This document shows positions 9,093-19,654 of a DNA stretch of 55,132 nt, piece after piece (position 1 is the first letter of the stretch; every line of letters starts with the position of its first letter). The notes beneath the pieces were generated by a model, which saw only the letters and a list, made by a program, of their open reading frames with translations, made no database searches and had not been told where the DNA came from. The position numbers and the translations under genes were made by a program. This DNA is from Candidatus Dadabacteria bacterium (lineage in GTDB: Bacteria; Desulfobacterota_D; UBA1144; Nemesobacterales; Nemesobacteraceae): positions 1-55,132 of the forward strand of contig RKRQ01000015.1 of the NCBI GenBank assembly GCA_007571325.1. The letters are read 5' to 3'.

Positions 9093-10148
9093 ATGGGAAA
9101 AGAGATAAAATTTGGACTCTCGGCTCCAATGCCGGGAGCTGATGTTGATGGACTAGTAAATTTTTCGGTAAAAGCCGACCAGCTTGGTTTTGACACCATA
9201 TGGTACCCTGACCATCTGCTTTTCGTAGCGCCGGGAGCTATAGCCCCCGAGGCATGGACAGTGGCGTCCGCGGCGGCAATGAAAACGGAAAACATAGCTT
9301 TGGGAACCGTTTCTGATCCTCACAGAATGCATCCCGCGGTTTTTGCGCAAAGACTCGCGACAGTCGATCAACTTTCAAAAGGAAGAGTAGTGCTATGCCT
9401 AGGGGTTGGCGAATCCATGAACCTTGACGCATTTGGAATTGAGTGGGGAAAGCCTCTTTCAAAACTAAGAGAATCAATGGAAGTCATGGAACTTCTGTGG
9501 AAAACCGATGAACCCACGGACTTTAACGGACAATTCTATAATCTTGAGAGTGCATTTTTGCAGATAAAACCCTACGAAAGAAACAAAATACCTTTTTACA
9601 TTGCCACACATACACCTAAAGGACTTCAGTTGACAGGAGAAAAAGGTGACGGCTGGTTGCCTATAGACTTAAATCCAGATCTCTACTCCCTCTACCTTGG
9701 GGAAATAAAGGTTGCGGCAGATAACGTGGGAAGATCTCTTGACGACGGTTTCGACCCAGCCTTATGGGTATTTACCTCACTCGGAGAAAGCATAGACGCC
9801 GCGTACGAAACGCTTGAGCCTTTCAAGTATGTACTAGTTATGCAGGATCAGCTCTTAAAGGCCGGATATGACGTGGAGATACCGGAAGAGTATCATGGAC
9901 TTAACTACTTTAACATAGTACCAACCGATGAAGAGGGAAGGCAGAGGTTCAGGCAGCTTGGGCAGCTTTTCCCCAGAGAAGCCATACTTGATTTCACCAT
10001 CACGGGATCAAAAAAGGACTGCATAGAGAAAATTGAGAAATTCATAGATGCGGGTGTAAGGAATTTCGTTTTGTTCTACAGATTCAGCCCCGATCCCGAT
10101 CTGGCGCTTGAGACATACTCAAAAGAAATAATTCCTTACTTCAAGTAG
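9093..10148 (+). CDS. LLM-class oxidoreductase, possibly F420-dependent
   Basis: WYPDH, HPAVFAQRLATVDQLSKGR, GVGESMN, GDGW. Confidence 0.9.
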   Translation: MGKEIKFGLSAPMPGADVDGLVNFSVKADQLGFDTIWYPDHLLFVAPGAIAPEAWTVASAAAMKTENIALGTVSDPHRMHPAVFAQRLATVDQLSKGRVVLCLGVGESMNLDAFGIEWGKPLSKLRESMEVMELLWKTDEPTDFNGQFYNLESAFLQIKPYERNKIPFYIATHTPKGLQLTGEKGDGWLPIDLNPDLYSLYLGEIKVAADNVGRSLDDGFDPALWVFTSLGESIDAAYETLEPFKYVLVMQDQLLKAGYDVEIPEEYHGLNYFNIVPTDEEGRQRFRQLGQLFPREAILDFTITGSKKDCIEKIEKFIDAGVRNFVLFYRFSPDPDLALETYSKEIIPYFK

Positions 10149-10174
10149 CTTAAAAAATCCGGAGAAAAACAACC

Positions 10175-10714
10175 ATGAAAAAAATTGCTGCCATTATAGT
10201 CTGCGGGATAATAATATTTGCTTGGGGTATTACATCATGGATGGCTCTTCCCTGGCACCAGATGGCGGTCAATAAATTCACAAACGAATCTGAAGTCACA
10301 GAAACAATAAAAGCAAACGCCCCGAAAGCCGGGATTTATTACCTTCCTTTCGCGCACGAAGACCACAAGGCGGGTGAAACAGCGGCATTTGTAAACGCGC
10401 TTCCAAAAGGCTACAGCCCTGGCATGACACGGCAGTTTGTCACCCAGTTAATCGGGGACATTATAGGAGTCTCAATTATTGTCTATCTACTTTCCCAGAC
10501 AAGCGGATTAGATTACTGGGGACGGGTGAGGTTTGTCACTCTGACCGGAGTAGTTATAGGTTTTGCAAGCCATTTTGCTTACTGGAACTGGTTCGGATTC
10601 CCAGCCCCTTATATAGCACTCATCATTGTGGACAGTTTGATCGCCTGTTTCCTGGCGGGACTTGCAATGGCAAAACTTGTAGCAGTAAATACAGAAAAGG
10701 CAACAACGACATAG
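10175..10714 (+). CDS. hypothetical multi-pass membrane protein
   Basis: about four hydrophobic segments; GGAG SD; 26 nt after the LLM gene. Confidence 0.75.
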   Translation: MKKIAAIIVCGIIIFAWGITSWMALPWHQMAVNKFTNESEVTETIKANAPKAGIYYLPFAHEDHKAGETAAFVNALPKGYSPGMTRQFVTQLIGDIIGVSIIVYLLSQTSGLDYWGRVRFVTLTGVVIGFASHFAYWNWFGFPAPYIALIIVDSLIACFLAGLAMAKLVAVNTEKATTT

Positions 10715-10771
10715 TTGGTCACCAATCCTACCAATCACATACCCGCGCTTTTCTTTTATTCTGTACCCTCG

Positions 10772-12385
10772 TCAGTTAGTTGACCCGGAAGGATTTGCGA
10801 ATTCAATTTCGCTGAAGTAAAGAAAGTTGAGGCGGTCGGGCTCAAGCCCCTTCACATATGGCTTAATCATATTTTGCTGAACAGAGTTTAGATAAGGAAC
10901 TATCGGAACGCCCGTTTCCGTAAGAATCCTCTGAGCATCATCGTAGAGGTCTTTTCTTTGCCCGCGGTCCAGAATCTCGGCGGCCTTTTGTACCAGCCGG
11001 TCGTACTCCGGGTCGCACCAGTTGGTGCGGTTATTGCCACTTCCGCATTCAAAGAGGTTCATGAAATTGTGAGGGTCTGGGAAATCCGCTTGCCATCCGG
11101 CTCTGAACAAGGCTGGAGGAGCAGTTCTGAGCGTGCTAAGGTAAACGGCCCATTCCTGGTTCACGAGTTTGACTTCAATGCCTAGGTGTTCCTTCCACAT
11201 TCCCTGAAACGCCTCGGCGACAATTCTGTTGTTTCCGGTATCGGGATAAAGAAAAGTAGTCTGCGGAAAATTTTTTCCGTTCGGATAACCAGCCATCTCA
11301 AGAAATTTTCTGGCTTTTTGCACGTCAAACGGAAGACCGATTCGGGGACTGTGGGCGAGCATATCGATCGGTATCCACGAAGTTATCGGCTCTCCTGCCC
11401 CCTGGAGAAGCCCCGCCAAGCTTTTTCTGTCTATTGAACTTGCGAAAGCCTTTCTCACTAGAAGGTTGTCAAACGGGGCTTTTGCGGTATTAAATCCTAT
11501 GTAGTTGTTTCTGAAAACCACGCTTTGTCTAAAATCCTGAAGTTTTATAAGTCTTGGAACTTCAAGCAAAGGAACTCCTTTACTGTCAAGAAAATCAAGT
11601 TCTCCACTTTCATAAAGCGCAAGAGTGGATACGGGATTTTCGTTCATTATCATTTTTACCTTCTTAGCGCTCTTAGGCTTCTCCCCCCAGTAGTTTTTGT
11701 ATTCCTCAATAAGAACTTCCTCATGATGACTCCATTTTTTCAACCTGTAGGAACCCAATGTCACTATGTTTGACGCCTCCGTCCATTTAGTTCCGTATTT
11801 CTCCACAATATCTTTTCTCAACGGAAAAGTGGACATGAAAGTGACCAGATTCAAAAAGTAAGCCCTCGGTTTCGTGAGAGTAACAACAAGGGTATGGTCA
11901 TCCAAGGCCTTCACTCCGACTTTGTCAAAATTGTCTATCTTCCCAGAATTAAACTCCTTTGCGTTTTCTATATCAAAAAGAAAATACGCATAACTTCCTG
12001 CGGTTTCGGGCTTAAGTATCCTTTCCCATGAATAAAGAAAGTCTCCGGCTTTAAGAGGTTTTCCGTCTGTCCAGAAAACTTTTTCCCTTATTTTGAAAGT
12101 ATATGTTCTTCCATCCTCGCTTATTCGCCAGCTTTGCGCGAGAGAGGGTACGGGTTCATATTCTTTATTAAACGCCGCAAGACCATCCATTATGTTATTT
12201 ATGATGGTAAAAGACGTAACGTCGGTAGCAAGCGACCAATCAAGCGTGGGGGGTTCGGTTCCTATATTTATGTTAAGCGTATCTTTGTGGGAAATATCAA
12301 TCGCGGTTGGAGGTCTGTTCCCGCAACCACAGGAAACAAAAAGCAGAACGCAGAAAGCCAGAAGAGAATTTTTCAATTTGTTCAT
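10772..12385 (-). CDS. oppA: oligopeptide ABC transporter substrate-binding lipoprotein
   Basis: lipobox VSC, EPPTLD, YTFKIRE..WTDG, GWQADFPDP. Confidence 0.9.
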   Translation of the reverse strand: MNKLKNSLLAFCVLLFVSCGCGNRPPTAIDISHKDTLNINIGTEPPTLDWSLATDVTSFTIINNIMDGLAAFNKEYEPVPSLAQSWRISEDGRTYTFKIREKVFWTDGKPLKAGDFLYSWERILKPETAGSYAYFLFDIENAKEFNSGKIDNFDKVGVKALDDHTLVVTLTKPRAYFLNLVTFMSTFPLRKDIVEKYGTKWTEASNIVTLGSYRLKKWSHHEEVLIEEYKNYWGEKPKSAKKVKMIMNENPVSTLALYESGELDFLDSKGVPLLEVPRLIKLQDFRQSVVFRNNYIGFNTAKAPFDNLLVRKAFASSIDRKSLAGLLQGAGEPITSWIPIDMLAHSPRIGLPFDVQKARKFLEMAGYPNGKNFPQTTFLYPDTGNNRIVAEAFQGMWKEHLGIEVKLVNQEWAVYLSTLRTAPPALFRAGWQADFPDPHNFMNLFECGSGNNRTNWCDPEYDRLVQKAAEILDRGQRKDLYDDAQRILTETGVPIVPYLNSVQQNMIKPYVKGLEPDRLNFLYFSEIEFANPSGSTN

Positions 12386-12647
12386 AAAAACAGAGTTCAC
12401 GGCCCCATCACTTGCGATTTGCTTCACAAAAAACCGATGCAGTAGGTAAAAATCAAGTTAGAAGTTAACTTAACTACTGTCCGATAATCTCGAAGCTGTG
12501 CGACCTGCACCCTACCAACAATGGGTTGGATTCACTGAATCCTCAACGATGAATCTGATTTTCGCAAGGTCATGGCCGGATCCATGACTGCTAAGAAAAA
12601 TTAAAATGAGACTATTTTTTTCATGCCGGAATAATTTCTTCCGATAA

Positions 12648-13139
12648 TCAATCACTATCAGATAGAGCAACAAGAATAGAGTCCTTTTCGACCGCATCTC
12701 CTTCCTTGACTCTTATTTCCTTTATCGTGCCCGAAGCGGAGGCTTTAAGCTCACTTTCCATCTTCATTGCCTCAACCACTACAACGCTTTCACCCGCTTC
12801 GACCCTCTCACCCTGTTTCTTCAAAATCTTTACCACCCTACTGTGCATGGGAGCAGTTACGTTAAGACTTTGCGTACCTTCTGCCTGGGAAGCATCCCTT
12901 CCGGAAACAGACTCTATCTCATACAAGTCTCCTTCATAGAAAACCTGTAATTTCTTTCCTTCTTTAAATATTCCTACGGTGATGCTCTCATTGTTAACCA
13001 GAATTGAATAGATGTTCTCTTCTATTCGCAGAAACTCTATCTCTTTCTGCTCACCGTCCATACTGAAAAGACTCAGTCCTTCTTTCTCTTCAAAACCTAC
13101 CTTATAGGTTTTGTTTCCCAGTTTTAAAGTGTAAGTCAT
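12648..13139 (-). CDS. biotin carboxyl carrier subunit of acyl-CoA carboxylase
   Basis: EAMKM biotinylation motif in the C-terminal domain. Confidence 0.92.
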   Translation of the reverse strand: MTYTLKLGNKTYKVGFEEKEGLSLFSMDGEQKEIEFLRIEENIYSILVNNESITVGIFKEGKKLQVFYEGDLYEIESVSGRDASQAEGTQSLNVTAPMHSRVVKILKKQGERVEAGESVVVVEAMKMESELKASASGTIKEIRVKEGDAVEKDSILVALSDSD

Positions 13140-14632
13140 AAAAGCGGATTCCCCGTTACACCAATTTTTCTGGCAAAAAGCTTCCAGCCTGAAGAAACAG
13201 CTTTTGTTCCCTGCACAGCCTGGTTTGAACCCCCACTCATTGCAACGGCAGCAGCCATAAGTATGAGTTCGGGGTCGAATTCTTCAGGCGCCAGAAGTTC
13301 AGGATGTCTTTCTATAAAACCTGTGTCAATCTGCGCCTTGCGGAATTCTGAGTCCCGCATCATCCTGATCAAAAATCCCAGGTTGGTTCTCACTCCCAGA
13401 ACCACGTATTCCCTCAGAGCGGAGAGCATTCTATTTACCGCATCCTCCCTGCAATCTCCCCAGACGACAAGCTTTGAAAGCATCGGATCGTAAAAAGACG
13501 TTATCTCACAGCCACTGTAAACGGACGAGTCGTCTCTCACTCCTGGACCACCGGGAGCGCGCACATACTGTAAAGTCCCCGGAGAAGGAAGAAAATTGGT
13601 GGCGGGGTCCTCTGCGTAAACTCTGCATTCAAGCGCGTGTCCTTTCATCTTTATTGCAGATTGTTTAAAGGGTAGTTTTTCTCCCGAAGCTATCCTTATC
13701 ATCCACTTGACGATATCAATTCCGGTGATCATTTCTGTAACCGGGTGCTCAACCTGCACTCTGGTGTTCATCTCCAGAAAATAGAAATTTTCTTCCTGGT
13801 CCATTATAAACTCAACTGTGCCGGCCCCGAAATAGTCAACCGCTTTTGCTATGCGAAGGGCGACTTCGCACATGTTTTTCCTTGTCTCAGCACTTATAAA
13901 TCCCGAAGGAGCTTCTTCTATCACTTTCTGGTGACGTCTCTGTATTGAGCATTCCCGTTCGAACAGATGCAGTAGGTTTCCATTTTTGTCTCCGAGAACC
14001 TGGATCTCCACATGCCTTGGTTTCTGAATGAATTTTTCTATGAATACGGAATCATCCCCGAAAGAAGAAAACGCTTCGCTTCTGGCCATCCGAAGGGACG
14101 ACTTGAATTCTTCTTTTGAATTAACAAGCCTCATACCCTTTCCACCCCCGCCGGCAGAAGCTTTTATCATAACGGGGTAGCCGATTTTCTTGGCCACTCT
14201 CGAGGCTTCAACATCGGATACCGCTCCCTCAGATCCCGGAACAAGCGGCACGTTCGCTTCTCTCGCTATTTTCCTTGCGGTGACCTTGTCTCCCATAAGC
14301 CTTATCGACTCAGGGGAAGGTCCTATAAAAACCACGCCTTCTTTCTGGCACAGCTCGGCGAAGGAATCATTTTCGGAGAGAAATCCAAATCCGGGATGTA
14401 TGGCTTGAGCTCCCGATTTCTTGGCGGCGGCAATTACATTTTCCCCGACCAAATAGCTTTCAGAAGGCTTTGACGACCCTATATGGTAGGCTTCATCCGC
14501 AAGCATTACGTGAAGGGCGTTTCTGTCAGCATCCGAATAAACAGCCACAGTGGCGATTCCAAGTTCCCGGCACGCCCTTATGATTCTTACCGCTATTTCT
14601 CCCCTATTTGCTATCAATATTTTTTTGAACAT
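13136..14632 (-). CDS. biotin carboxylase subunit (PccA/AccC type)
   Basis: KILIANRGEIA, GGGGKGM, ERECSIQRRHQK, EMNTRVQVEHPVTE; start ATG 14632. Confidence 0.95.
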   Translation of the reverse strand: MFKKILIANRGEIAVRIIRACRELGIATVAVYSDADRNALHVMLADEAYHIGSSKPSESYLVGENVIAAAKKSGAQAIHPGFGFLSENDSFAELCQKEGVVFIGPSPESIRLMGDKVTARKIAREANVPLVPGSEGAVSDVEASRVAKKIGYPVMIKASAGGGGKGMRLVNSKEEFKSSLRMARSEAFSSFGDDSVFIEKFIQKPRHVEIQVLGDKNGNLLHLFERECSIQRRHQKVIEEAPSGFISAETRKNMCEVALRIAKAVDYFGAGTVEFIMDQEENFYFLEMNTRVQVEHPVTEMITGIDIVKWMIRIASGEKLPFKQSAIKMKGHALECRVYAEDPATNFLPSPGTLQYVRAPGGPGVRDDSSVYSGCEITSFYDPMLSKLVVWGDCREDAVNRMLSALREYVVLGVRTNLGFLIRMMRDSEFRKAQIDTGFIERHPELLAPEEFDPELILMAAAVAMSGGSNQAVQGTKAVSSGWKLFARKIGVTGNPLL

Positions 14633-14648
14633 TTTTTTACACGACTGC

Positions 14649-16193
14649 TTAGAGGGGAATATTCCCGTGCTTTTTCGGTGGAAGCGTCTGTCTTTTTCCG
14701 CCAAGCATCTCAAGCGCCGCTATTACCCTAGGTCTTGTTTCTTCGGGCTTTATAACTTCATCCACGTAACCCAGGCTCGCAGCACGATAGGGATTCGCAA
14801 AATTCTTTTTGTATTCCTCAATCAGTCTTATTCTTTCGGTGTCCGGGTCGTCCGCAGCGGCTATTTCCCCACGGGAAATTATGTTCACGGCCCCGTCAGG
14901 ACCCATAACCGCGATTTCCGCCGTGGGGTAAGCAAGGTTTATGTCTCCTCTTATATGTTTTGAGGACATTACATCGTAAGCCCCTCCGTAAGCCTTTCTG
15001 GTTATAACTGTAATTCTCGGAACCGTAGCCTCACAATATGCGTAGAGCAGTTTAGCGCCGTGTCTTATTATTCCTCCCCATTCCTGCGAGGTTCCGGGAA
15101 GAAAACCCGGCACATCGACAAAAGTAACGAGGGGAATATTAAAAGCGTCGCAGAATCTCACAAACCTAGCCGCCTTAACCGAAGCATCTATGTCAAGACA
15201 TCCCGCCAGCACCTTAGGCTGATTCCCTACGATACCGACCGGTTGTCCGTTCATCCTCGCAAACCCTATCACTATGTTCTTCGCATAGTGCTCCTGTACC
15301 TCAAAGAAATATGAATTATCAACTACGGATCTCACCACATCCAGCATGTCATAGGGTTTGTTGGGATTATCCGGTATAAGTTCCCAAAGACTCATATCCT
15401 TTCTGTCCACGGGATCATCGCAGGGAACAACCGGCGGGTCTTCCATATTGTTTGAAGGGAGAAAACTTATAAGTTCCTTTATGATTTCTATCGAGTCGCC
15501 GTCATCCTCCGAGGCGAAATGCGCAACTCCGCTTACGGAGTTATGAACCATTGCGCCTCCGAGCTCTTCGGAAGTCACTTCTTCATGCGTAACGGTCTTG
15601 ATCACATCGGGACCGGTAACGAACATGTAACCCGTACTTTTCGACATGATCGTAAAATCGTTCATCACAGGAGAGTAAACCGCTCCTCCGGCACACGGAC
15701 CCATAATCGCCGATATTTGGGGTATGACTCCCGAGGAAGTCACGTTTCGAAGGAATATCTCCCCGTAGGCACCAAGACTTTTGACTCCCTCCTGAATTCT
15801 CGCTCCGCCAGAATCGTTAAGTCCTATGATCGGCGCTCCCGTCAAAAGAGCAAGGTCCATTATCTTGCATATCTTTTTTCCCTGCTCAAGTCCCAGAGAA
15901 CCTCCGAAAACCGTGAAGTCTTGAGCGTAGACAAATACCTGCCGTCCGTCAATCTTTCCGTAACCCGTAACCACGCCGTCACCGAGGATTTTCTTTTTTT
16001 CCATGCCAAAATCGGTGCAGTTGTGCAAGACAAACTTATCAAGTTCGACGAAAGTATCCCTGTCAAAAAGCTCTGTTACGCGTTCGCGAGCCGTGTACTT
16101 GCCTGAATCATGCTGTTTTTTGATCCTGTCTTGGCCGCCGCCTAATCCTGCCTCTTTTTCCTTATCTTCTAAAATCCTAACTTTTTCTTTCAT
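14649..16193 (-). CDS. pccB: acyl-CoA (propionyl-CoA) carboxylase beta subunit
   Basis: [36 protein letters not shown]. Confidence 0.93.
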   Translation of the reverse strand: MKEKVRILEDKEKEAGLGGGQDRIKKQHDSGKYTARERVTELFDRDTFVELDKFVLHNCTDFGMEKKKILGDGVVTGYGKIDGRQVFVYAQDFTVFGGSLGLEQGKKICKIMDLALLTGAPIIGLNDSGGARIQEGVKSLGAYGEIFLRNVTSSGVIPQISAIMGPCAGGAVYSPVMNDFTIMSKSTGYMFVTGPDVIKTVTHEEVTSEELGGAMVHNSVSGVAHFASEDDGDSIEIIKELISFLPSNNMEDPPVVPCDDPVDRKDMSLWELIPDNPNKPYDMLDVVRSVVDNSYFFEVQEHYAKNIVIGFARMNGQPVGIVGNQPKVLAGCLDIDASVKAARFVRFCDAFNIPLVTFVDVPGFLPGTSQEWGGIIRHGAKLLYAYCEATVPRITVITRKAYGGAYDVMSSKHIRGDINLAYPTAEIAVMGPDGAVNIISRGEIAAADDPDTERIRLIEEYKKNFANPYRAASLGYVDEVIKPEETRPRVIAALEMLGGKRQTLPPKKHGNIPL

Positions 16194-16260
16194 TGAGATA
16201 CTCCAAGCCCACTCCCGCCTAAAAATGGATTAGTGAATCATAACACGCAGAAATACTGTT

Positions 16261-16863
16261 TCAAGATTCCGTGGCGCACAGAGCCTCAAACATAACGTAC
16301 ACTTGGGCGCGCAGGTTTTCCGTTGTAGAGGAATTTTCTATCAGGAAATCAGCCTGAGATACTTTCTCCGCTTCGGACACCTGGGAGTTCATGCGACGGC
16401 GGATTTCCTCAGATGACATATCGTCGCGGGTCAACACCCTGGACTCCCTCAGCTCCCTGGGACACGTAACTACTACCAGTCTGTCGATCAGGTCGTTAAT
16501 ACCTCCGCTTTTACGGTCTATAAGCGATGCTTCGACAAATACTCTCGGTTCGTCGCTTCGGACAGATATTTTCTCCCTTATCTTTTCAAGAATCCTTGGG
16601 TGGGTTATCTGGTTAAGGCGTTTGAGCTCACTCTCGCTCGCAAAAACTATCTGCGCGAGAGCCCCGCGGTCAAGAGTTCCATTTTCGGAGAGAATCTCCT
16701 CACCGAAGCAAGATACAATTTCTGTAAGCGCGGGCTCCCCGGGCTGTACGATTTCCCTAGCCACCTCGTCGGCATCCACAGTGAATGCCCCTAGCTCGCG
16801 CAGCATCTGCGCAACCGTCGACTTGCCAGAACCAATATTTCCTGTAAGGCCGTATACTCTCAT
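16261..16863 (-). CDS. coaE: dephospho-CoA kinase
   Basis: GLTGNIGSGKSTV, DAD, LDR..LA..VF, ITHP. Confidence 0.95.
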   Translation of the reverse strand: MRVYGLTGNIGSGKSTVAQMLRELGAFTVDADEVAREIVQPGEPALTEIVSCFGEEILSENGTLDRGALAQIVFASESELKRLNQITHPRILEKIREKISVRSDEPRVFVEASLIDRKSGGINDLIDRLVVVTCPRELRESRVLTRDDMSSEEIRRRMNSQVSEAEKVSQADFLIENSSTTENLRAQVYVMFEALCATES

Positions 16864-16866
16864 CTT

Positions 16867-18270
16867 CTAAGCGTTGCGGGATTTTATAAATTGAATTGCC
16901 CTGGTAAGGCGACTCGCCACTGAGTCTCTGCCCAGTATTTCGACGACGTCAAAGATTCCAGGACTCTTGGTGGAACCGGTAAGCGCAACCCTTGCAGGCT
17001 GAGCTATTCTCCCGAGTCCAAGACCTGTGCGCTTCATAACGCGTTGAAAACCCCCGTGAACATCATTGTAGGAAAAATCTTCCAAACAGGATAATTCCTC
17101 CAGCAGAAACTCAAAGATTTGGCTGTTTTTTTCCACCAGAAATTTCTCCGCCGCTTTCTCCTCGTACTCAAAATCATCGGTAAAAAAGTAAAGAGACTGA
17201 TCGACAATTCCGTTGAGGGTCTCTGAACGCTCCCGCATCTGCTCAATTATTTTGCGAAGCTTCTCTCTGGGCTGCTCGGGAAACTCTTTTTTCTTTACAA
17301 GAGAAACTATCTCTTCGAACATACGCTCTTCAGACATATCTCTTAAGTATTTTCCGTTAAGCCAGAGGAATTTCTGAGGGTCGAACACCGAGGGGGATTT
17401 CCCGATACCTTTCAGACTAAATATTTTAACAAGCTCTTGTTTTGCGAAAATCTCCTGATCTCCGAAAGACCATCCCAGTCTCACAAGGTAGTTCAGTACC
17501 GCCTCGGGAAGATACCCACGCGACCGGTACTCCGTAACGGATTCAGCGCCGTGGCGCTTCGAAAGTTTTTTCCCGTCCGCGCCGAGTATCATTGGAACAT
17601 GAGAAAGTTTTGGTTTCCCAAAACCCAGCGCCTCGGCTACAAGTATCTGCCTCGGAGCATTTATTATATGGTCATCTCCCCTTATGACGTGAGAGATATC
17701 CATCTGCGCATCGTCAACCGCCGCGGCGAAATTATAGGTTGGAAATCCGTCGGCTTTTAGTATCACAAAATCTTCTATCTCTGAAGAGTCAAAAACTATC
17801 TCGCCGCGTACCAGGTCCTTAACAAAGATATTCTCACCCGGTAATACCGAGAGTCTCACAGCGTAAGATTTTCCGGGGGCCGCACCAAGTTGCGACCACT
17901 CTCTTTTATATCGAAAAACTTCTCCTTTTTCTCTAGCCTCTTCTCTTCTGCGCCCAAGCTCATCAGCTGTAACGTAGCATCTGTACGCTTTTCCCTCGTC
18001 AACAAGCCGCCCGGCAAGCTTTCCGTAAGTGTCAAGCCTGTCAGACTGGCGGACAATTTCCCCCTGCCAATCAATTCCGAGCCATCTAAGAGATTCTATG
18101 ATCTGACGTTCAAATCTTTCCTCGGAACGCGCACGGTCCGTATCCTCAATTCTGAGCAGAAAATCTCCGGCAAGGTTTGCGGAAAAAAGCCAGTTAAAAA
18201 TAGCTGTACGGGCTGCTCCTACATGAAGAGCGCCAGTGGGACTGGGAGCAAATCTCGTTACGACCTTCAC
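16867..18270 (-). CDS. gltX: glutamate--tRNA ligase
   Basis: RFAPSPTGALHVG, LRIEDTD, RGDDH, KLSKRHGA; start placed at GTG 18270 (ORF track extends to 18318). Confidence 0.95.
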   Translation of the reverse strand: MKVVTRFAPSPTGALHVGAARTAIFNWLFSANLAGDFLLRIEDTDRARSEERFERQIIESLRWLGIDWQGEIVRQSDRLDTYGKLAGRLVDEGKAYRCYVTADELGRRREEAREKGEVFRYKREWSQLGAAPGKSYAVRLSVLPGENIFVKDLVRGEIVFDSSEIEDFVILKADGFPTYNFAAAVDDAQMDISHVIRGDDHIINAPRQILVAEALGFGKPKLSHVPMILGADGKKLSKRHGAESVTEYRSRGYLPEAVLNYLVRLGWSFGDQEIFAKQELVKIFSLKGIGKSPSVFDPQKFLWLNGKYLRDMSEERMFEEIVSLVKKKEFPEQPREKLRKIIEQMRERSETLNGIVDQSLYFFTDDFEYEEKAAEKFLVEKNSQIFEFLLEELSCLEDFSYNDVHGGFQRVMKRTGLGLGRIAQPARVALTGSTKSPGIFDVVEILGRDSVASRLTRAIQFIKSRNA

Positions 18271-18359
18271 GGAGGTTATTTTACACGCCGAAGCGGCAAA
18301 AAAAGAGATGTCAGACATATAATCTAGGGATTTTCTTCGCGGATTGTATAATAAACATC

Positions 18360-19310
18360 ATGAGGATATGCTCGCTTCTTCCAAGCTCGACCGAGATAAT
18401 ATTCGCTCTAGGACTTGAGGAAAACCTGGTCGGAGTAACCCATGAATGCAATTATCCTCCTCAGGCGCGTGACAAGCCCGTAGTCGTAAACAGCATTCTT
18501 AAAAACAAAGGGAAACTTTCAAGCGCGCGAATAGACGAACTTGTGACCCGTAGCCGCTCGGAAGGAAAGAGCGTCTACCTAATTGACTCCGAACTGCTAC
18601 GCGAGATAAGACCGGAGCTTATCATAACGCAAGGACTTTGCGACGTCTGTGCCGTGTCTGAGAACGAGGTGATGGAAGTCTGCGAAGTTCTTGAAAACGG
18701 TCCTGAAATAGTGTCCATGGAACCAAACTCCATCAAAGATATAATGGATTCCATACTGCTTGTAGGAGAAGTCACTGGGACCGAGCGGAGAGCTTCTGAA
18801 ATCGTAGAAGGACTTATGAAAAGAATTGAAACGGTCGAGAAAAAGCTTTCGGGCGAGAGACACCGTCCGCACATCTTCTGCCTTGAGTGGCTTGATCCTC
18901 CCTATGCCGCCGGGCACTGGGTACCGGAAATGGTAAAAATAGCTGGAGGAGAACCGCTGCTCTCGAAAGTGCAGGAACCCTCATTTAAGACAACATGGGA
19001 TGAGATACTCGAGTCGTCCCCAGATTATCTAATTATAATGCCCTGCGGATTCGACATAGAAAAAACGCTTGACAGCATAGAAGAAGTTACGGGCAAAGTA
19101 AGACAGTGGCATGCGCTTCGGGCCGTAAAAAAAGGTCACTGTTACATAGTGGACGCCAATTCCTATTTCAGCAGACCGTCACCCAGGGTCGTCAGCGGAA
19201 TTGAACTCCTTGCGGGAATTATCCACCCTGAAATATTCACACAACGACCAAAAGATAACTCGGTTCTAAACCTGAAAAACCATTTCTATCTACAGACTTT
19301 TCTAGGTTAG
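18360..19310 (+). CDS. cobalamin-binding/periplasmic solute-binding protein (BtuF-like)
   Basis: RICSLLPSSTE, GVTHECNYP, TQGLCDVCAV, GHWVPEMV, FSRPSPR. Confidence 0.82.
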   Translation: MRICSLLPSSTEIIFALGLEENLVGVTHECNYPPQARDKPVVVNSILKNKGKLSSARIDELVTRSRSEGKSVYLIDSELLREIRPELIITQGLCDVCAVSENEVMEVCEVLENGPEIVSMEPNSIKDIMDSILLVGEVTGTERRASEIVEGLMKRIETVEKKLSGERHRPHIFCLEWLDPPYAAGHWVPEMVKIAGGEPLLSKVQEPSFKTTWDEILESSPDYLIIMPCGFDIEKTLDSIEEVTGKVRQWHALRAVKKGHCYIVDANSYFSRPSPRVVSGIELLAGIIHPEIFTQRPKDNSVLNLKNHFYLQTFLG

Positions 19311-19549
19311 GACTTCGGGGCCTGAAAGGGGTCCTGAGTAGCATCGGAACTTGAAGAAGCCTGCGATGGCGTCTCTTGGGCGGACCGAAAAGGATCCGTT
19401 TCGCCTTGGGCCTCTTCCTGAGGTTCAGGCGGAGCTGGCGGCTCGGCAGCCTGCTGCTCTCCTCCCCCTCCTTCGTTTAGCATAAGGAATATCCCCATGA
19501 TAAGAATTACTATAGCTAACAGCAATAACTCATTACCTTGTATAGTCAT
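19307..19549 (-). CDS. small single-TM protein with Pro/Glu/Ser-rich tail
   Basis: AGGAGG SD upstream, N-terminal TM helix, low-complexity tail. Confidence 0.65.
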   Translation of the reverse strand: MTIQGNELLLLAIVILIMGIFLMLNEGGGGEQQAAEPPAPPEPQEEAQGETDPFRSAQETPSQASSSSDATQDPFQAPKS

Positions 19550-19654
19550 GAAATTTATCTATCCTCCTGATACTCTTGTACTGCTATACTAGGACCATAA
19601 AATAAAGTCCGTAAGAACCTAGTTCATTCTAATCATACTAATTGACTGAATAAT

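Noticed and set aside
19307-19549. TatA/TatE call for the small TM protein
   Set aside because: It lacks the FG hinge and the amphipathic helix.
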